Part shown: one piece after another, positions 1 through 12,818 of the stretch
How the letters are laid out: every line of letters starts with the position of its first letter
How positions within the stretch are numbered: position 1 is the stretch's first letter
NCBI GenBank assembly: GCA_030390025.1
Contig: CM059449.1
Coordinates: 33,170,001 to 33,234,000 of the forward strand
Length of the DNA stretch: 64,000 nucleotides
DNA from: Squalus acanthias
Lineage: Eukaryota
Direction of reading: 5' to 3'
Translations under genes and position numbers: made by a program
The notes under the pieces: model-generated
Seen by the model: only the letters and a program-made list of their open reading frames with translations
Databases searched by the model: none
Told to the model about the DNA's origin: nothing

Positions 1-3000
1 TGATATCGGAGGTTTAATTCTGATATTAACTCACAGTAACTTTAGCAGTGATATCAGTGCTGTAATTCTGATATTCACGCAGCGAATATACCTGTAATAT
101 CTGTGCCTTAATTCTGATAATCATACAGTTACTGTGCCTGTGAAATCCTTGCCTTGTTTCTCATATTCATACACTGAATGTACCATTGATATGAAAGCTG
201 TAATTCTGATATGTATGCCATGACTGTAACTCTGATATCGGTGCTATGATTATGATATGTACAGTGACGTTTCTGTGACATCAGTGCTGTTATTCTGTTA
301 TTTACACAGACTGTTACTGTGATATCGGTGCTATAATACTAATATTCAAACACTGACTGCACCAGTGATATCGGTGCCGTAACTCTGATATTTACACAGT
401 GACCGTATATGTGATATCAGTGCTGTAATTCTGATATTGACACATTGACTGTACCTGTGATCTCAGTGCTGTAATTCCGATATTTACTCTGTGACTGTAC
501 ATGTGATATCAGTACTGTAATTCCGATATTTACACAATGAATCTACCTGTGATATCAGTGTTGTAATTCTGATATTTTCACACTGACTGCAGCTTTGATA
601 TCAATGCTGTAATTCTCATAATTTACAGTGACCGTACCTGTGATATCATTGCTGTAACTATGATATTAAAGCAATGTCTGTAACTGTGATATCGGTGCTG
701 TAATTCTGCTATTTACACAATTATTGTACCAATGATATCTGCGCTGTAATACTGATATTTAGAGATTGACTCTACCTGTGATATCGGAGCTTTAATTTTG
801 ATATTTACACAGTGACTTTAGCTGTTATATTAGTGTTGTATTTCTGATATTCACGCAGGGAATATACCTGTGATTTCAGAGCTTTAATTCTGCTATTCAT
901 ACAGTGACTGTGTCTGTGATATCAGAACTTTAATTCTGATATTCATACAGTGATTGACCTGTGATATCAGTGCTGTAATTCTGAAATTTATGCACTGAGC
1001 GTACCTGTGATATCGATTCTGTAATTATGATATCTACAGTGACTTATCTGTGATATCAGTGATGTAATTCTGATATTTACATCGACTGTAACTGTGATAT
1101 CAGTGCTGTATTGCTGATATTCACACACTGTTTTTACCTGTTACATCAGTGCTGGAATTCTGATATTTCACACTAACTGTACCTGTGATATCATTGCTAT
1201 GATTCTGATATTAGAACTCTTACTTTACCTGAAATATCCGTGATGTAATTGTGATATTTACACAGTAACAGTAACGGTGATATCAGAACTCTTTTTCGGA
1301 TATTTGCATGTCCTTATATTTATGCCCTGACTGTACCTCTGATATCGGTGCTGTAATTCTGATATGTACGGTGACGTTTCTGTGACATTAGTGCTGTTAT
1401 TCTGTTATTTACACGGAAAGTTACTGTGATATCGGTGCTGTAATACTGACATTTACACGGACTGTTACTTTGATATCGGTGCTGTAATACTGATATTCAC
1501 ACACTGACTGTACCTGTGATATCGGTGCTGTAACTCTGATATTTACACAGTGACCGTATCTGTGATATCAGTGCTGTAATTCTGATATTTACACATTGAA
1601 TTTAGCTGTGATAACATTGCTGTAATTCTGATCTTTACACAGTGACTGTACCTGTGATATCTGTGCTGTAATACTGGTACTTAGACAGTGACTGTACCTG
1701 TGAAATCATTGCTTTGTTTCTGATATTCACACATTGACTGTACCATTGATATGAGAGCTGTAATTCTGATATGTATGCCCTGACTGTACCACTGATATCG
1801 GTGCTGTAATTTTGAAATGTACGGTGAAGTTTCTGTGACATCAGTGCTGTTATTCTGTTATTTACACGGAAGGTTACTGTGATATCGGTGCTGTAATACT
1901 GATATTAACACACTGACTGTAGCTGTGATATCGGTGCTGTAACTCTGATATTTACACAGTGACCGTATCTGTGATTTCAGTGCTGTAATTCTGATCTGTA
2001 CACAGTGACTGTACCTGTGATATCCCTGCTGTAATACTGGTATTCAGACAGTGACTGTACCTGTGATAGCAGAGCTTTAATTCTGATATTCATACAGCAA
2101 TACAGCCTGTGATATCAGTGCTTTATTTCTGCTTTTCACACACTCACTGTGCCATTGATATGAGTGCTGTAATTCTGATATTTATGCACTGACTGGAACT
2201 GTGATATCGGTTGTGTAATTTTGAAATGTACAGTGAGTATTCTGTGATGCCAGTGCTGGACTTTTGATAAATACACATTGACTGTACCTGAGATATCATT
2301 GCTCTAATTCTGATATTTGCACACTTACTGTGCCCGTGATATCATTGCTGTAATTCTGATATTTACCAAGTCACTGTACCTGTGATATCAGTGATGTAAT
2401 TCTTATTTAACACACTTAGTTTATCTGTGATACCAGTACTGTAATTCTCATATTTACACAGTGACTGTTCCTGTAATATCAATGCTGTAATTCTGATATT
2501 CGATCAGTTACTGTACCTGTGATATCAGTGCTGTAATTCGATTATTTGCACATTGAATGTACCTGTGATAACAGTGCTGTAATTCTGTTATTTACACAGT
2601 GAATGTGCCTGTGCTATCTGTGCTGTTATTCTAATACTTATACACCGACTGTACCTGTGATATCATTGTTGTAATTCGAATATTGACCCAGTCACTGTCA
2701 CTATGATATAAATGCTGTAAATCACTGAAGTAATTCTTATTTTTAAACACTGCGTTTATCTGTGATACCAGTGCTTTAATTCTCATATTGACACACTGAC
2801 TGTACCTGTGATATCGGTGAAGTAATTCTGACATTTACACACTGACTGTTCCTGTGATAGCAGTGCTGTAATTCTGATATTCACATACTGCATTTACCTG
2901 TTATATCAGTGCTGTAATTCTGATACTGAACCAGTGACTCTACCTATGATACCAGTGCTGTAATTCTGATATTTACACGGACTGTAACTGTGATATCAGT

Positions 3001-5160
3001 CCTGTATTCCTGATAATCGTACGATGAATATACCTCTGATATCACCTGTGATATCAGAACTGTAATTATGAATTTTGCACAGTGGGTGTACCTTTGATAT
3101 CGGAGCTTTAATTCTGATATTTACACACAGTAACTTTAGCAGAGATCTGTGCTGTTTTTCTGATTTACACACAGTGAATTTACCTGTGATATCAGTGCTA
3201 TAATTCTGATATTCATTCAGTGAATTTATCTGTGATATCGCTATGTAATTCTGATAGTTACACAATGATTGTACACGTGATATCAGTGCTACAATTCTAG
3301 TATATACCCAGTCACTCTACCTGCGATATCAGCACGGTAATTCTGATTTTTACACACTGAGTTTATCTGTGATATCAGAGCTGTAATTCTGATATTCACA
3401 TACTGCCTGTACCTGAGATATCAGTGCTGTAATTCTGATATATACTCAGTGACTATAGCTGCGATATGGGTGCTGTAATTCTGATATTCACATACTGCCT
3501 GTACCTGTGATATCCGTGCTGTAATTCTGATAATCACGCAGTGACACATCCTGTGATATCAGTGCTATAATTCTGATACTTATACGGACTGTAACTGTGA
3601 TATCAGTGCTGTATTACTGATATCCACATAATGAATGTACTTCTGAGATCAGTGCTGTAATTCTGCTGTTGACACAGTGACTGTTATGGGATTGCATACA
3701 TGTAATTATTATATTTACACAGTGAAAGTACCTCTGATATCACTGCTGTAATTATTATATTCATACACTGACTGTACCTGTGATATCAGTGCTGCAATTA
3801 TGGGACTTCCACAGTAAATCTACCGGTGATATCATTGCTGTAATTCTAATATTCAACCAGTCACTGTACCTGTGATAGGATTTATGTAATTATGATATTT
3901 ACTCACTGCGTTTATCTGTGATACCAGTGCTTTAATTTTCATATTGACGCAATGACAGTACCTGTGATATCTGTGCTGTAATTCTGATATTTGCACAGTG
4001 GCTGCAGCTGTGATATCAGTGCTGTAATTCTGATATTTACACAGTCACTCTACCAGTGATATCAGTGCTTCCATTCTGATGTTTAATCACGAAGTTTATC
4101 AGTGATACCATTGTTTTAATTATGATATCGAGACACTGACTGTAACTGTGATATCAGTGATGTAATTCTGATATTCACATATTGCCTTTACCTGTTATAT
4201 CAGTGCTGTAATTCTGATAGTCAACCGGTGACTCTACCTATGGTATCAGTGCTGTAATTCTGATATGTACACGGACTGTAACTGTGATATCAGTCCTTTA
4301 TTACTGATGAAGACGGATATACCTCTGACATCAGAGCTGTAATTTTGATTGTTGCTCAGTGGGTGTACCTGTGATATCGGAGCTTTAATTCTGATATTTA
4401 CAAACAGTGACTTTAGCAGTGAGATCTGTGTTGTACTTCTTATATACACGCAGTGAATTTACCTGTGATATCAGTGCTATAATTCTGAAATTCATTCTGG
4501 GAATTTTCCTTTTATATCGCTGCTATAATTCTAATAGTTACACAATGATTGTACATGTGATATCATTGCTGTAATTCTGGTATATCCCCAGTCACTCTAC
4601 CTGCGATATCAGCACTGTATTTCTTATTTTTACACACTGAGTTTATCTGTGATACCTGTGCTTTAAAACTGATATTCACACATTGAATGTACCTGTGATA
4701 TCAGTGCTGTTATTCTGTTATTCAGACAGTGACTGTACCTGTGACATCGGAGCTTTAATTCTGATATTTACACACAGTGATTTTAGCTGTTATATCAGTG
4801 CTATATTTCGGATATTCATACAGGAAATATACCGGTGATATCAGTCCTTTGATTCTGATATTCACACACTGATTGTACCTTTGATATCGGTGCTGCAATT
4901 ATCAAATTTTCACAGTGATTGTACCTGTGATATCATTGCTATAATTCTGATATACAAACGTTGACTGTACATGTGCTATCAGGGGTGTAATTATGATATT
5001 TGCACACTGACTGTTCCTGTGATATAAGTGCTGTAATTCTGATATTTACAGTGACTTTGTCTGTGATTTCAGAGCTGTAATGAAGATAATTATGCAGTGA
5101 CTGTACCTGTGATATCAGTGCTGTAATTCTGATGCTCACAAACTGACTGCACCTGTGATA
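1..5160. repeat. Satellite/minisatellite array, 46-bp unit (consensus about ACCTGTGATATCAGTGCTGTAATTCTGATATTTACACAGTGACTGT), roughly 110 diverged copies, truncated by the window start
   Basis: TGCTGTAATTC recurs at a 46-bp period (e.g. 421 and 467). GATATC occurs in most units. The short ORFs here are repeat artefacts. Confidence 0.97.
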
Positions 5161-6487
5161 ACAGGGTACTTAGAAAATCATAATTTGATTTGACAGAGTC
5201 AACATGGTTTTCTGAAAGGTAAATCGTGTTTGACAAATTTATTAGAGTTTATTTTAGGATGTAACTTGCAGGTTAGATAAAGGGGAACCCATGAATGCAG
5301 TACATTTGGATTTCCAAAATGACATTCGATAAGGTGCCACATAAGAAGTTGTTAAGCAAGATAAGGGCACATGGGGTTGCGGGTAAGATATTAGCATGGA
5401 TAAAGCATTGGTCAACAGACAGAAAACAGATAGTATGGAACAACGGGTCATTTTCAGATTGTCAGGCTGTAACTAATTGGGTGCCACAAGGGTCAGTGCT
5501 TGAGTCTCAGCTAATAATAATCTATATTGATGTCTTCGATGAACGGACCCAGTACAAGGTATACAAGTTTGCTGACAATACAGAGCTAGCTGGAAAAGTA
5601 CACTGTGAGGAGGACACAAAGTGCCTGCAAAGGGATAAAGACAACTTAAGTGATTGGGCAATAAGGTGGCAGATGGAGTATAATGTGGGGAAAAGTGAGG
5701 TTATTCACTTTGGTAGGGAGAACAGAAAAACAGAATATTTTTTAAATGATGAGAAACTATGAAATGTTGGTGTTCAGAGAGATTTGGGTGTTCTGGTACA
5801 AGAAGCACAGAGAGTTAACATGAAGATAGAGCAAGCAATTAGGAAGGCAAATGGCATGTTGGTCGTAATTGCTAGAGGGTTGGAGTACAAGAGTAGGGAA
5901 GTCTTGCTGCAATTTCACAGGGCTTTGGTAAGACCACACCTGGAGTACTGTGCACAGATTTGGTCTCTCTATTTAAGGAAGGATATACTTACCTTAGAGG
6001 CGGTGCAACGAAGGCTCACTAGATTGATCCCTGGGATGAGAGGGTTATCCTATGAGGAAGGATTGAGTAGATTGGGTCTATACTCTCTGGAGTTTAGAAG
6101 AATAGGTGGTGATCTCATTGAAACATATAAGATTCTGAGGGGGATTCAGAGGAAAGATGCTGAGAGATTGTTTCACCTGGCTGGAGAGTCTAGAACTAAG
6201 GGGCATAGTCTCAGGATAAGGGGTGAGATGAGGAGGAATTTCTTCACTCTAAGGGTTGTGAATCTTTGGAATTATCTGCCCCAAATTGCTTTGGATGCTG
6301 AGTAGTTGAGTACATTCAAGGCTGCGATAGATAGTTTTTTGGAATCCAGAGTAATTAAGGGATATGGGGATCGGGCAGGCAACTGGAGTTGAGGTCGTAG
6401 ATCAGCCATGATCTTATTGAATGGCGGAGCAGACTCGAAGGGTGCATGGCCTACACCTGCTCAAAATTGTTATGTTCTTATGTTCTT
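5155..6487 (+). mobile_element. 5'-truncated CR1-clade LINE (RT domain to 3' UTR), degenerate
   Basis: FDKVPH, VPQGSVL, KFADNT and RPHLEYC motifs with frameshifts and stops. Ends in a (TATGTTCT)n-type tail. Confidence 0.95.
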
Positions 6488-6895
6488 AAAAATCCTAATG
6501 GAATGTTGGCCTTTATCTTAACGGTGCTGGAATACAAAGAGGGCAAGTGAAGTTACAGTTAAACAAATCTAGTTAGCCCCCATTTAGAGCACTGCATTCA
6601 GTTCTGGGCACCCCACCTGAGGAAGCATATATTGCCCTTTGAATGGGTGCAGCACAGATTCCCCAGAATAATGCCAGGGTTAAAATGCTTAAATTATAAG
6701 GACAGGTTGCTCATACTAGGCTTGTAATTCCTTGAGTATAGAATATTAAGGGTGATCTATCTGAAGTGTTTAAGATAAATAAAGGAGGCGAGTGGTTAGA
6801 TAGAGAGAAACTATTTCCTCTGGTGGGGCATAACCGTAAAATTAGAGCTCCACCGTCCAGGGGTGATTTCCGGAAGCTCTTCTTCATGCAAAAGT
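6488..6895 (+). mobile_element. Older CR1 3' fragment, left half; continues at about 9667-9735 after a nested insertion
   Basis: Degenerate LDREKLFPLVG...RKLFFMQK. The expected continuation (AAATCGGGAACTCTCTCC...AAGCTGTTGAG) resumes at about 9667. Confidence 0.75.
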
Positions 6896-9666
6896 TGGAC
6901 TCAACATCCAGGGGTACTCAATATTCAGGAAAGATAGGCAAAAAGGAAAGGGAGGTGTGGTATCATTGCTGGTTAAAGAGGGGACTAACACAAATGAAAG
7001 GAAGGATATTAACTCTGATGATGCGGAATCCGTATGGGTTGAACTGAGAAATGACATGGGGCAGAAAACGTTAGTGGGAGTGATATATAGACCTCCAAAC
7101 AGTAATGCGGAGGTTGGGGATGGCATAAAAAGGGAAATTAGAGAAGCGTGCAATAAGGGCACAGCAGTCATCATGGGTGACTTTAATCTACATATAGATT
7201 GGGCTAACCAAATTAGTAACTATACTATGGAGGAGGAATTCCTGGAGTGTTTACGGGATGGTTTCCTGGAACAACATGTCGAGGAACCAACCAGAGATCA
7301 AGCCATCTTAGACTGGGTAATATGCAATGAGAAAGGATTACTTAGCAATCTTGTTGTGCGAGGCCCCTTGGGTCGGAGCGATCATAATATGATAGAATTC
7401 TTCATTAGGATGGAGAGTGAAGTATTTGACTCCGAGACCAGGGTCCTGAAATTAAATAAAGGAAACTACGATGGTTTGAGGTGCGAGTTGGGTAGGATTG
7501 ATTGGGGAATGTCACTCAAAGGGTTGACGATGGATAGGCAATGGCAAACATTCAAAGATCGCATGGACGGACTACAGAATTTGTTCATCCCAGTTTAGCA
7601 TAAGAATAAAACAAAAAGGGTGACTCAACCGTGGCTAACAAGGGAAATTATGGATAGCATAAGATCCAAAGAGAGGGCATATACATTGGCCAGAAAAAGC
7701 GGTAACCCTGAGGATTGGGAGCAGTTTAAGATTCAACAAAGGAGGACAAAGGGATTAATTCAGAAGGGGAAAATAGAATACGAGAGTAAGCTTGCAAGGA
7801 ACATAAAAACTGACTGTGAAAGCTTTTATAGATATGTGAAGAGAAAAAGATTAGTGAAATCAAGCATAGGTCCCTTGCAGTCAGAATCAGGGGAACTTAT
7901 AATGGGGAACAAAAAATGTCAGACTATTTAAATACATATTTTGGTTCTGTCTTCACAAAGGAGGACACAAATAACCTCCCAGAGATTTCGGGGAGCCTAG
8001 GGTCTGAAAAAAGGGAGGAACTGAAATAAATCAGTATTTGTAGGGAAATGGAGTTAGGGAAATTGAAGGGATTGAAGGCCGATAAATCTCCAGGGCCTGA
8101 TAATCTGCATCCTAGGGTACTTAAGGAAGTGACCCTAGAAATAGTAGATGCATTACTGATCGTCTTCCAACATTCGATGGAATTTGGAACAGTACCCATG
8201 GATTGGAGGGTAGCTAATGTTACCCCACTATTCAAAAAGGTTGGTAGAGAGAAAACGGGGAATTACAGACTGATATCGGTAGTGGGGGAAATGCTAAAGT
8301 CCGTTATAAAATAAATAATAGCTGAACACTTAGAAAACAGTGACGGGATCGGACAAAGTCAACATGGATTTACAAAAGGTAAATCATGCTTGACTAATCT
8401 ACTGGAATTTTTTGAGGATGTAACTGGTAAAATAGATAAGGGAGAAGCGGTGGATGTGGTGTATTTGACTTTGAAAAAGGCTTTTGATAAGGTCCCGCAT
8501 AAGAGATTAGCGTGTAAAGTTAAGGCACATGGGATTGGGGGCAAGGTATTGACTTGGATAGAGAACTGGTTGGCAGACGGAAAGCAAAGAGTTGGAATAA
8601 ACTGGTCTTTTTCCGAGTGGCAGGCAGTGACTAGTGGGGTACCGCAGGGATCGGTCCTTGGACCCCAGCTATTCACAAAATATATTAGTGATCTAGACAA
8701 GGAAACTAGATGTAATATCTGCAAGTTTGCAGACGACACAAAACTGGGTGGGCGTGTGTGCTGCGAGGAGGATGCCGAGAAACTCCAGTATGATTTGGAC
8801 AGGTTGGGTGATTGGTTAGAAGCGTGGCAGATGCAATATAACGAGGATAAATGCGAGGTTATCCACTTTGGTGTCAAAAACAAAGAAAGGCAGATTATTA
8901 TCTGAATGGCAATAGATTGGGAGAAGGGGAAGTGCAACGAGGCCTGGGCGTCCTTGTGCACCAGTTGCTGAAGGTAAGCATGCAGGTGCAGCAGGCGGTT
9001 AAGAATGCAAATTGTATGTTTGCCTTCATAGCGAGAGGGTTTAAGTACAGGAACAAGGATGTCTTTCTGCAGTTGGAGAGGGCCTTGGTGAGACCACACC
9101 TTGAGTACTGTGTGCAGTTTTGTCGCCTTATCTGAGGAAGGATGTTCTTGCCATGGAAAGATTTCAGCGAAGATTCACAAGGCTGATACCTGGGATGGCA
9201 GGAATGACGTATGAAGAGAGATTGGGTCGATTGGGCTTAAACTCGCTGGAGTTTAGAAGAATGAGAGGGGATCTCATTGAAAGTAATAAAATTCTGACAG
9301 GACAGGACACACTAGATGCAGGAAGGATGTTCCCGATGGTCGGGGAGTCCAGAACCAGGGGTCACCGTCTAAGGATAAGGGGTAACCCATTTAGAATAGA
9401 ACTGAGGAGGAATTTCTTCACCCAGAGAGTTGTGAACCTGTGGAATTCTCTGCCACAGAAGGCAGTAGAGGTCAATTCATTAAATAGATTCAAGAAAAAG
9501 TTGGATATATTTCTTAAGGCTAAAGGGATCAAGGGATATGGGGAGAAGGCAGGGACAGGGTACAGAATTTGGATTATCAGCCATGATCGCATTGAATGGC
9601 GGAGCAGGCTAGAGGGGCCGAATGGCCTACTCCTGCTCCTATCTTCTATGATTCTATGATTGTATG
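6896..9666 (+). mobile_element. CR1 LINE truncated within the APE endonuclease; frameshifted ORF2 (APE plus RT) and 3' tail
   Basis: GVIYRPP, MGDFN, SDHN, KSPGPD, SGVPQGSVLGP and KFADDTK motifs. Tail TTCTATGATTCTATGA. Confidence 0.96.
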
Positions 9667-10360
9667 AAATCGGGAACTCTCTCCACCAAAAAGCTGTTGA
9701 GTTTAGGTCAATTAAAATTTCAAGACTGAGATTAAAATATATAAACCGTGACCCACTCGAAATTCTGGTTCAAAAACCCGCCAGAAAGTCTCCTTTTCAC
9801 CATCCAATTGCTGAACTTTGATGGCCATAAACTCCCACATCCCTTTCAAACGGCTATTGAGATCCTTATCCACATTCACTTTCTCACACCCGGTACATAT
9901 CAGACGAGACCCTGTCTCCTTCCCCTCCTCCCAACGCCTGTTGATGCTGAAATCCAACATCTCAGCATATCCGCGGAGTTGCTCAGCTGTATACAACTGA
10001 CTATCTCACTTTCTGTGTGTATCTCGGAAGGCTTTTCGATCTCAAGTGCAAAACGGAGCCTCCTTGTATCTATATTATGTAGAGTGAAGTAAAAAGAAAA
10101 TCTAATGTATCTACAATTTAAATGCTACTAATCTATCACGAATGTGCGCATTTAATTCATCAAATGTCTTCCCTGCTCTTATAAACGAATATCCTCAGCT
10201 TCAGGAGTCGGTGCTATTAATTAAGGAGTGAAGATTTCAAAATATTTCATTTATAAAATAAATTCCAACATTAAATGTTATTGCAAAATATCCCACTCTC
10301 TGACCAGCAGCACTAAATACGGCTCAGCTGCACCTGTTTGTTAAATGACTGTAACTAATG

Positions 10361-10412
10361 CCAATCATTGTGCAATGCTCGTGTGTCACTCGAGGTTTAC
10401 CTCAGGTATAAA
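10361..10412 (+). promoter_or_regulatory. Putative GPCR core promoter: CCAAT (10361) and TATAAA (10407-10412)
   Basis: TATAAA lies 78 bp upstream of the ATG. The context CTCAGGTATAAATA is conserved in the paralogous copy near 37570 (-). Confidence 0.6.
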
Positions 10413-10484
10413 TATGATTTTATTTTGAAAGCAAAAGATCTGCGGCTCCGAAACACGAACAGACAACGTCACTTCTCTCCGAAA

Positions 10485-10554
10485 ATGGGACAGCCGGTGA
10501 TCATACAGATAGAAAATATTTTCTACCCTATTCTTGCAATAGTTGGTGTTCCTG
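10485..10554 (+). CDS. GPR139/GPR142-like orphan class A GPCR, exon 1 (MGQPVIIQIENIFYPILAIVGVP plus 1 nt)
   Basis: ATG in AAAATGG context; 70 nt ending in a phase-1 G|GTAAG donor; joins in frame to the acceptor at 11913 to give GVPANL in TM1. Confidence 0.88.
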
Positions 10555-10834
10555 GTAAGCCGCTTCTAATCAGTTAATATACACATTTAATAGTGTCTCA
10601 CTGTGTCACTGTTCCTGCTGTCGGTGTATTGATAATATGTGTTTGTTTTGATGTGATTGATGTGCAAAAAAAGATTACCACCATCAAACATATAATAATT
10701 AGAAAACTCCAAGTTTCTAACATATTCTAAATGTAATAACCTGATGGGCAGCAGAATTTCTTCTGAATTATTAAATGAAACAATTTAGGTGGAATTGCGT
10801 CTCCTTTGTAGAGATTGTTATCATTTTCAGGAGC

Positions 10835-11015
10835 GAAATACTGTGGATTATGGAAACCTCGGCAGGCGAGGTAACACATGTGGAGAGAGAAACACAGTTA
10901 AAGTTTCAGGTCGATGAACAGGTCTGATGAAAGATCGACCTAAAACATTAACTATGTTTCTCTCGCCACATATGCTGTCTGACCTGCTGAACATTTACAG
11001 CATTTTCTATTTTTT
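10835..11015. mobile_element. Small palindromic Penelope-tail-derived element in the GPCR intron
   Basis: Arms GAGAGAAACACAGTTAAAGTTTCAGGTCGAT and ATCGACCTAAAACATTAACTATGTTTCTCTC are inverted copies of the tail seen at 22290-22420. Confidence 0.7.
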
Positions 11016-11913
11016 TTGTAATTTTCTATCCAAGCCACATACTAGCATCGCACCTGGGTTCTGGTTGGTGAAAATTGTTGAAAAGTTTAAAATATCCATC
11101 AAGGTATGTTTCGCACTAATTTTCTGGGTATGTGCCCGCAGCACCGATTGTTTGTCACTGTTGCCAGATATCCGTAAACTATAGACGCATTTGCCACTGT
11201 GTTTTGGTGAAAGGCGAGATCTCGAAAAGCGGCAACTACGCGGATTAGTTACACTCACAGGGCAACCCTGAAGGCTGCGTGTGTGAAACTGAGCGATATT
11301 GGATTCTGCATTAAATTAAGGCCAGCTAATGGTGTGAGCCAGCACAGTAAAGGCCAACACGCTGCTTGAATCCCAAAGTCAAGGTGCGGCAGAGTTTGTA
11401 ATGATCGCACCGGCAGCTATGGGGGAGATTTTATTCTCTACGGCCGGGTCGGTCTGATACGAAAAACTGGCGGCTGGAACCACCGCCTTTGCATAATCCG
11501 ATGGATTTCCCTGCCAGTTAATATCCAACGAAGGAAAAAGCGGCGGGTTAACAGGTGATCCTTGGTCAGGATCTCCTTTCGGCGCTCCAGCCAATCAATC
11601 TCCCGCTGTGGGGCGATATTAACCAAACCCGCCCCTCGGTAAACTGACAGGATAGTGAGCATCGCTGGCTTAACACTGTGCCGATTCCACTTTCTACTGA
11701 AGGTAATGGAGAGTAATGTTGGTCTGGGAGAAAACCAAGCGTTGCCCTCAATCCCGTGGGGTTTCCAAGTTGCATGTTCGGTTATAACAATCGCCGGAGA
11801 GACTTTTGAGGGCCAAGGTTAGAAATTCATTAATTATCATGCCAATAAACTGACGAGTGATCATCCTCTAAATATAAGGAGAGTCAGTAATTTAATCTTC
11901 ATCCTCTTTGCAG

Positions 11914-12818
11914 CTAATTTAGCGACAATTGTGGTTCTCTCCCTTGGAAGGTGCGGTCTCTCCAAATGCATCACCAGTTATCTGGTGGCCATGGCAACGT
12001 CTGATCTACTGGTCCTGATATTTGCTGTAACCCTGTATCAGATTAATGATGCTTATTTTCCATATTCATTTATGAATTACACTCCCATTTGCAGTCTCGA
12101 TCTCGCCTTGTGTTTTGTTTCCTTTGATTGTTCTGTCTGGTTAACTGTTGCTTTCACCTTTGATCGATTTCTGGCGATTTGTTGCCAAAGATTGCGATCA
12201 AAATATTGCACTAAAGAAACTGCAACTGTGGTGATAGCAGTGGTGTGTGGGCTGAGCGTTTTAGAAAATGTTCCAATCTATTTTATATATGAACCTCGGG
12301 ATGTAATTGACAATGTACCATGGTCCTGCATTGTAAAATCAAGCTTCTTTAACTCACCTATATGGGCAACATATTGGTGGTTCGAAACAGTTTTAACCCC
12401 ATTTGCTCCATTTCTGTTCATTTTACTGCTAAATGCTCTTACCATCAGGCACATTGTATTGGCCAATAGAGTGAGAAGGCGACTTCGTGGGAACAACAAT
12501 GCTGAGAATCAAAATGATCCAGAGACGGAGAACCGAAGGAAATCCATATTTTTACTGCTCGCCATATCTGTCAATTTTATACTTCTATGGATGGTTACAT
12601 TCATATCTTTTATAGTTGTACAATTTGCAGATTCTCAATTGCTAGCAGCAAATTACAATGACCCTTTCACTATTATGGAACAATCCGGGTATATGCTTCT
12701 CTGTTTGAGTTGTTGCACCAACACATTTATTTATGGAGTGTCCCAGAGTAAATTCAGAGATGAGCTGATAAATATCATTAAGCGTCCCCTGAGATTAATA
12801 ACGTTTTTATTTAAGTAA
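11914..12818 (+). CDS. GPR139/GPR142-like GPCR, exon 2 (rest of 7TM); spliced protein about 324 aa, intact
   Basis: TTTGCAG acceptor. Open frame with YLVAMATSDLLV (TM2), SVWLTVAFTFDRFLAIC (TM3 DRF), ECL cysteines, ENRRKSI (TM6) and CCTNTFIY (TM7), ending in TAA. Confidence 0.92.

Noticed and set aside
1-5160. CRISPR-like array or coding ORFs in the 46-bp repeat
   Set aside because: No unique spacers, no cas genes, and a eukaryotic context. The ORFs are short translations of the repeat.
8359-9099. Long antisense ORF (246 aa) and similar antisense ORFs over CR1 copies
   Set aside because: Shadow frames of the CR1 reverse transcriptase.
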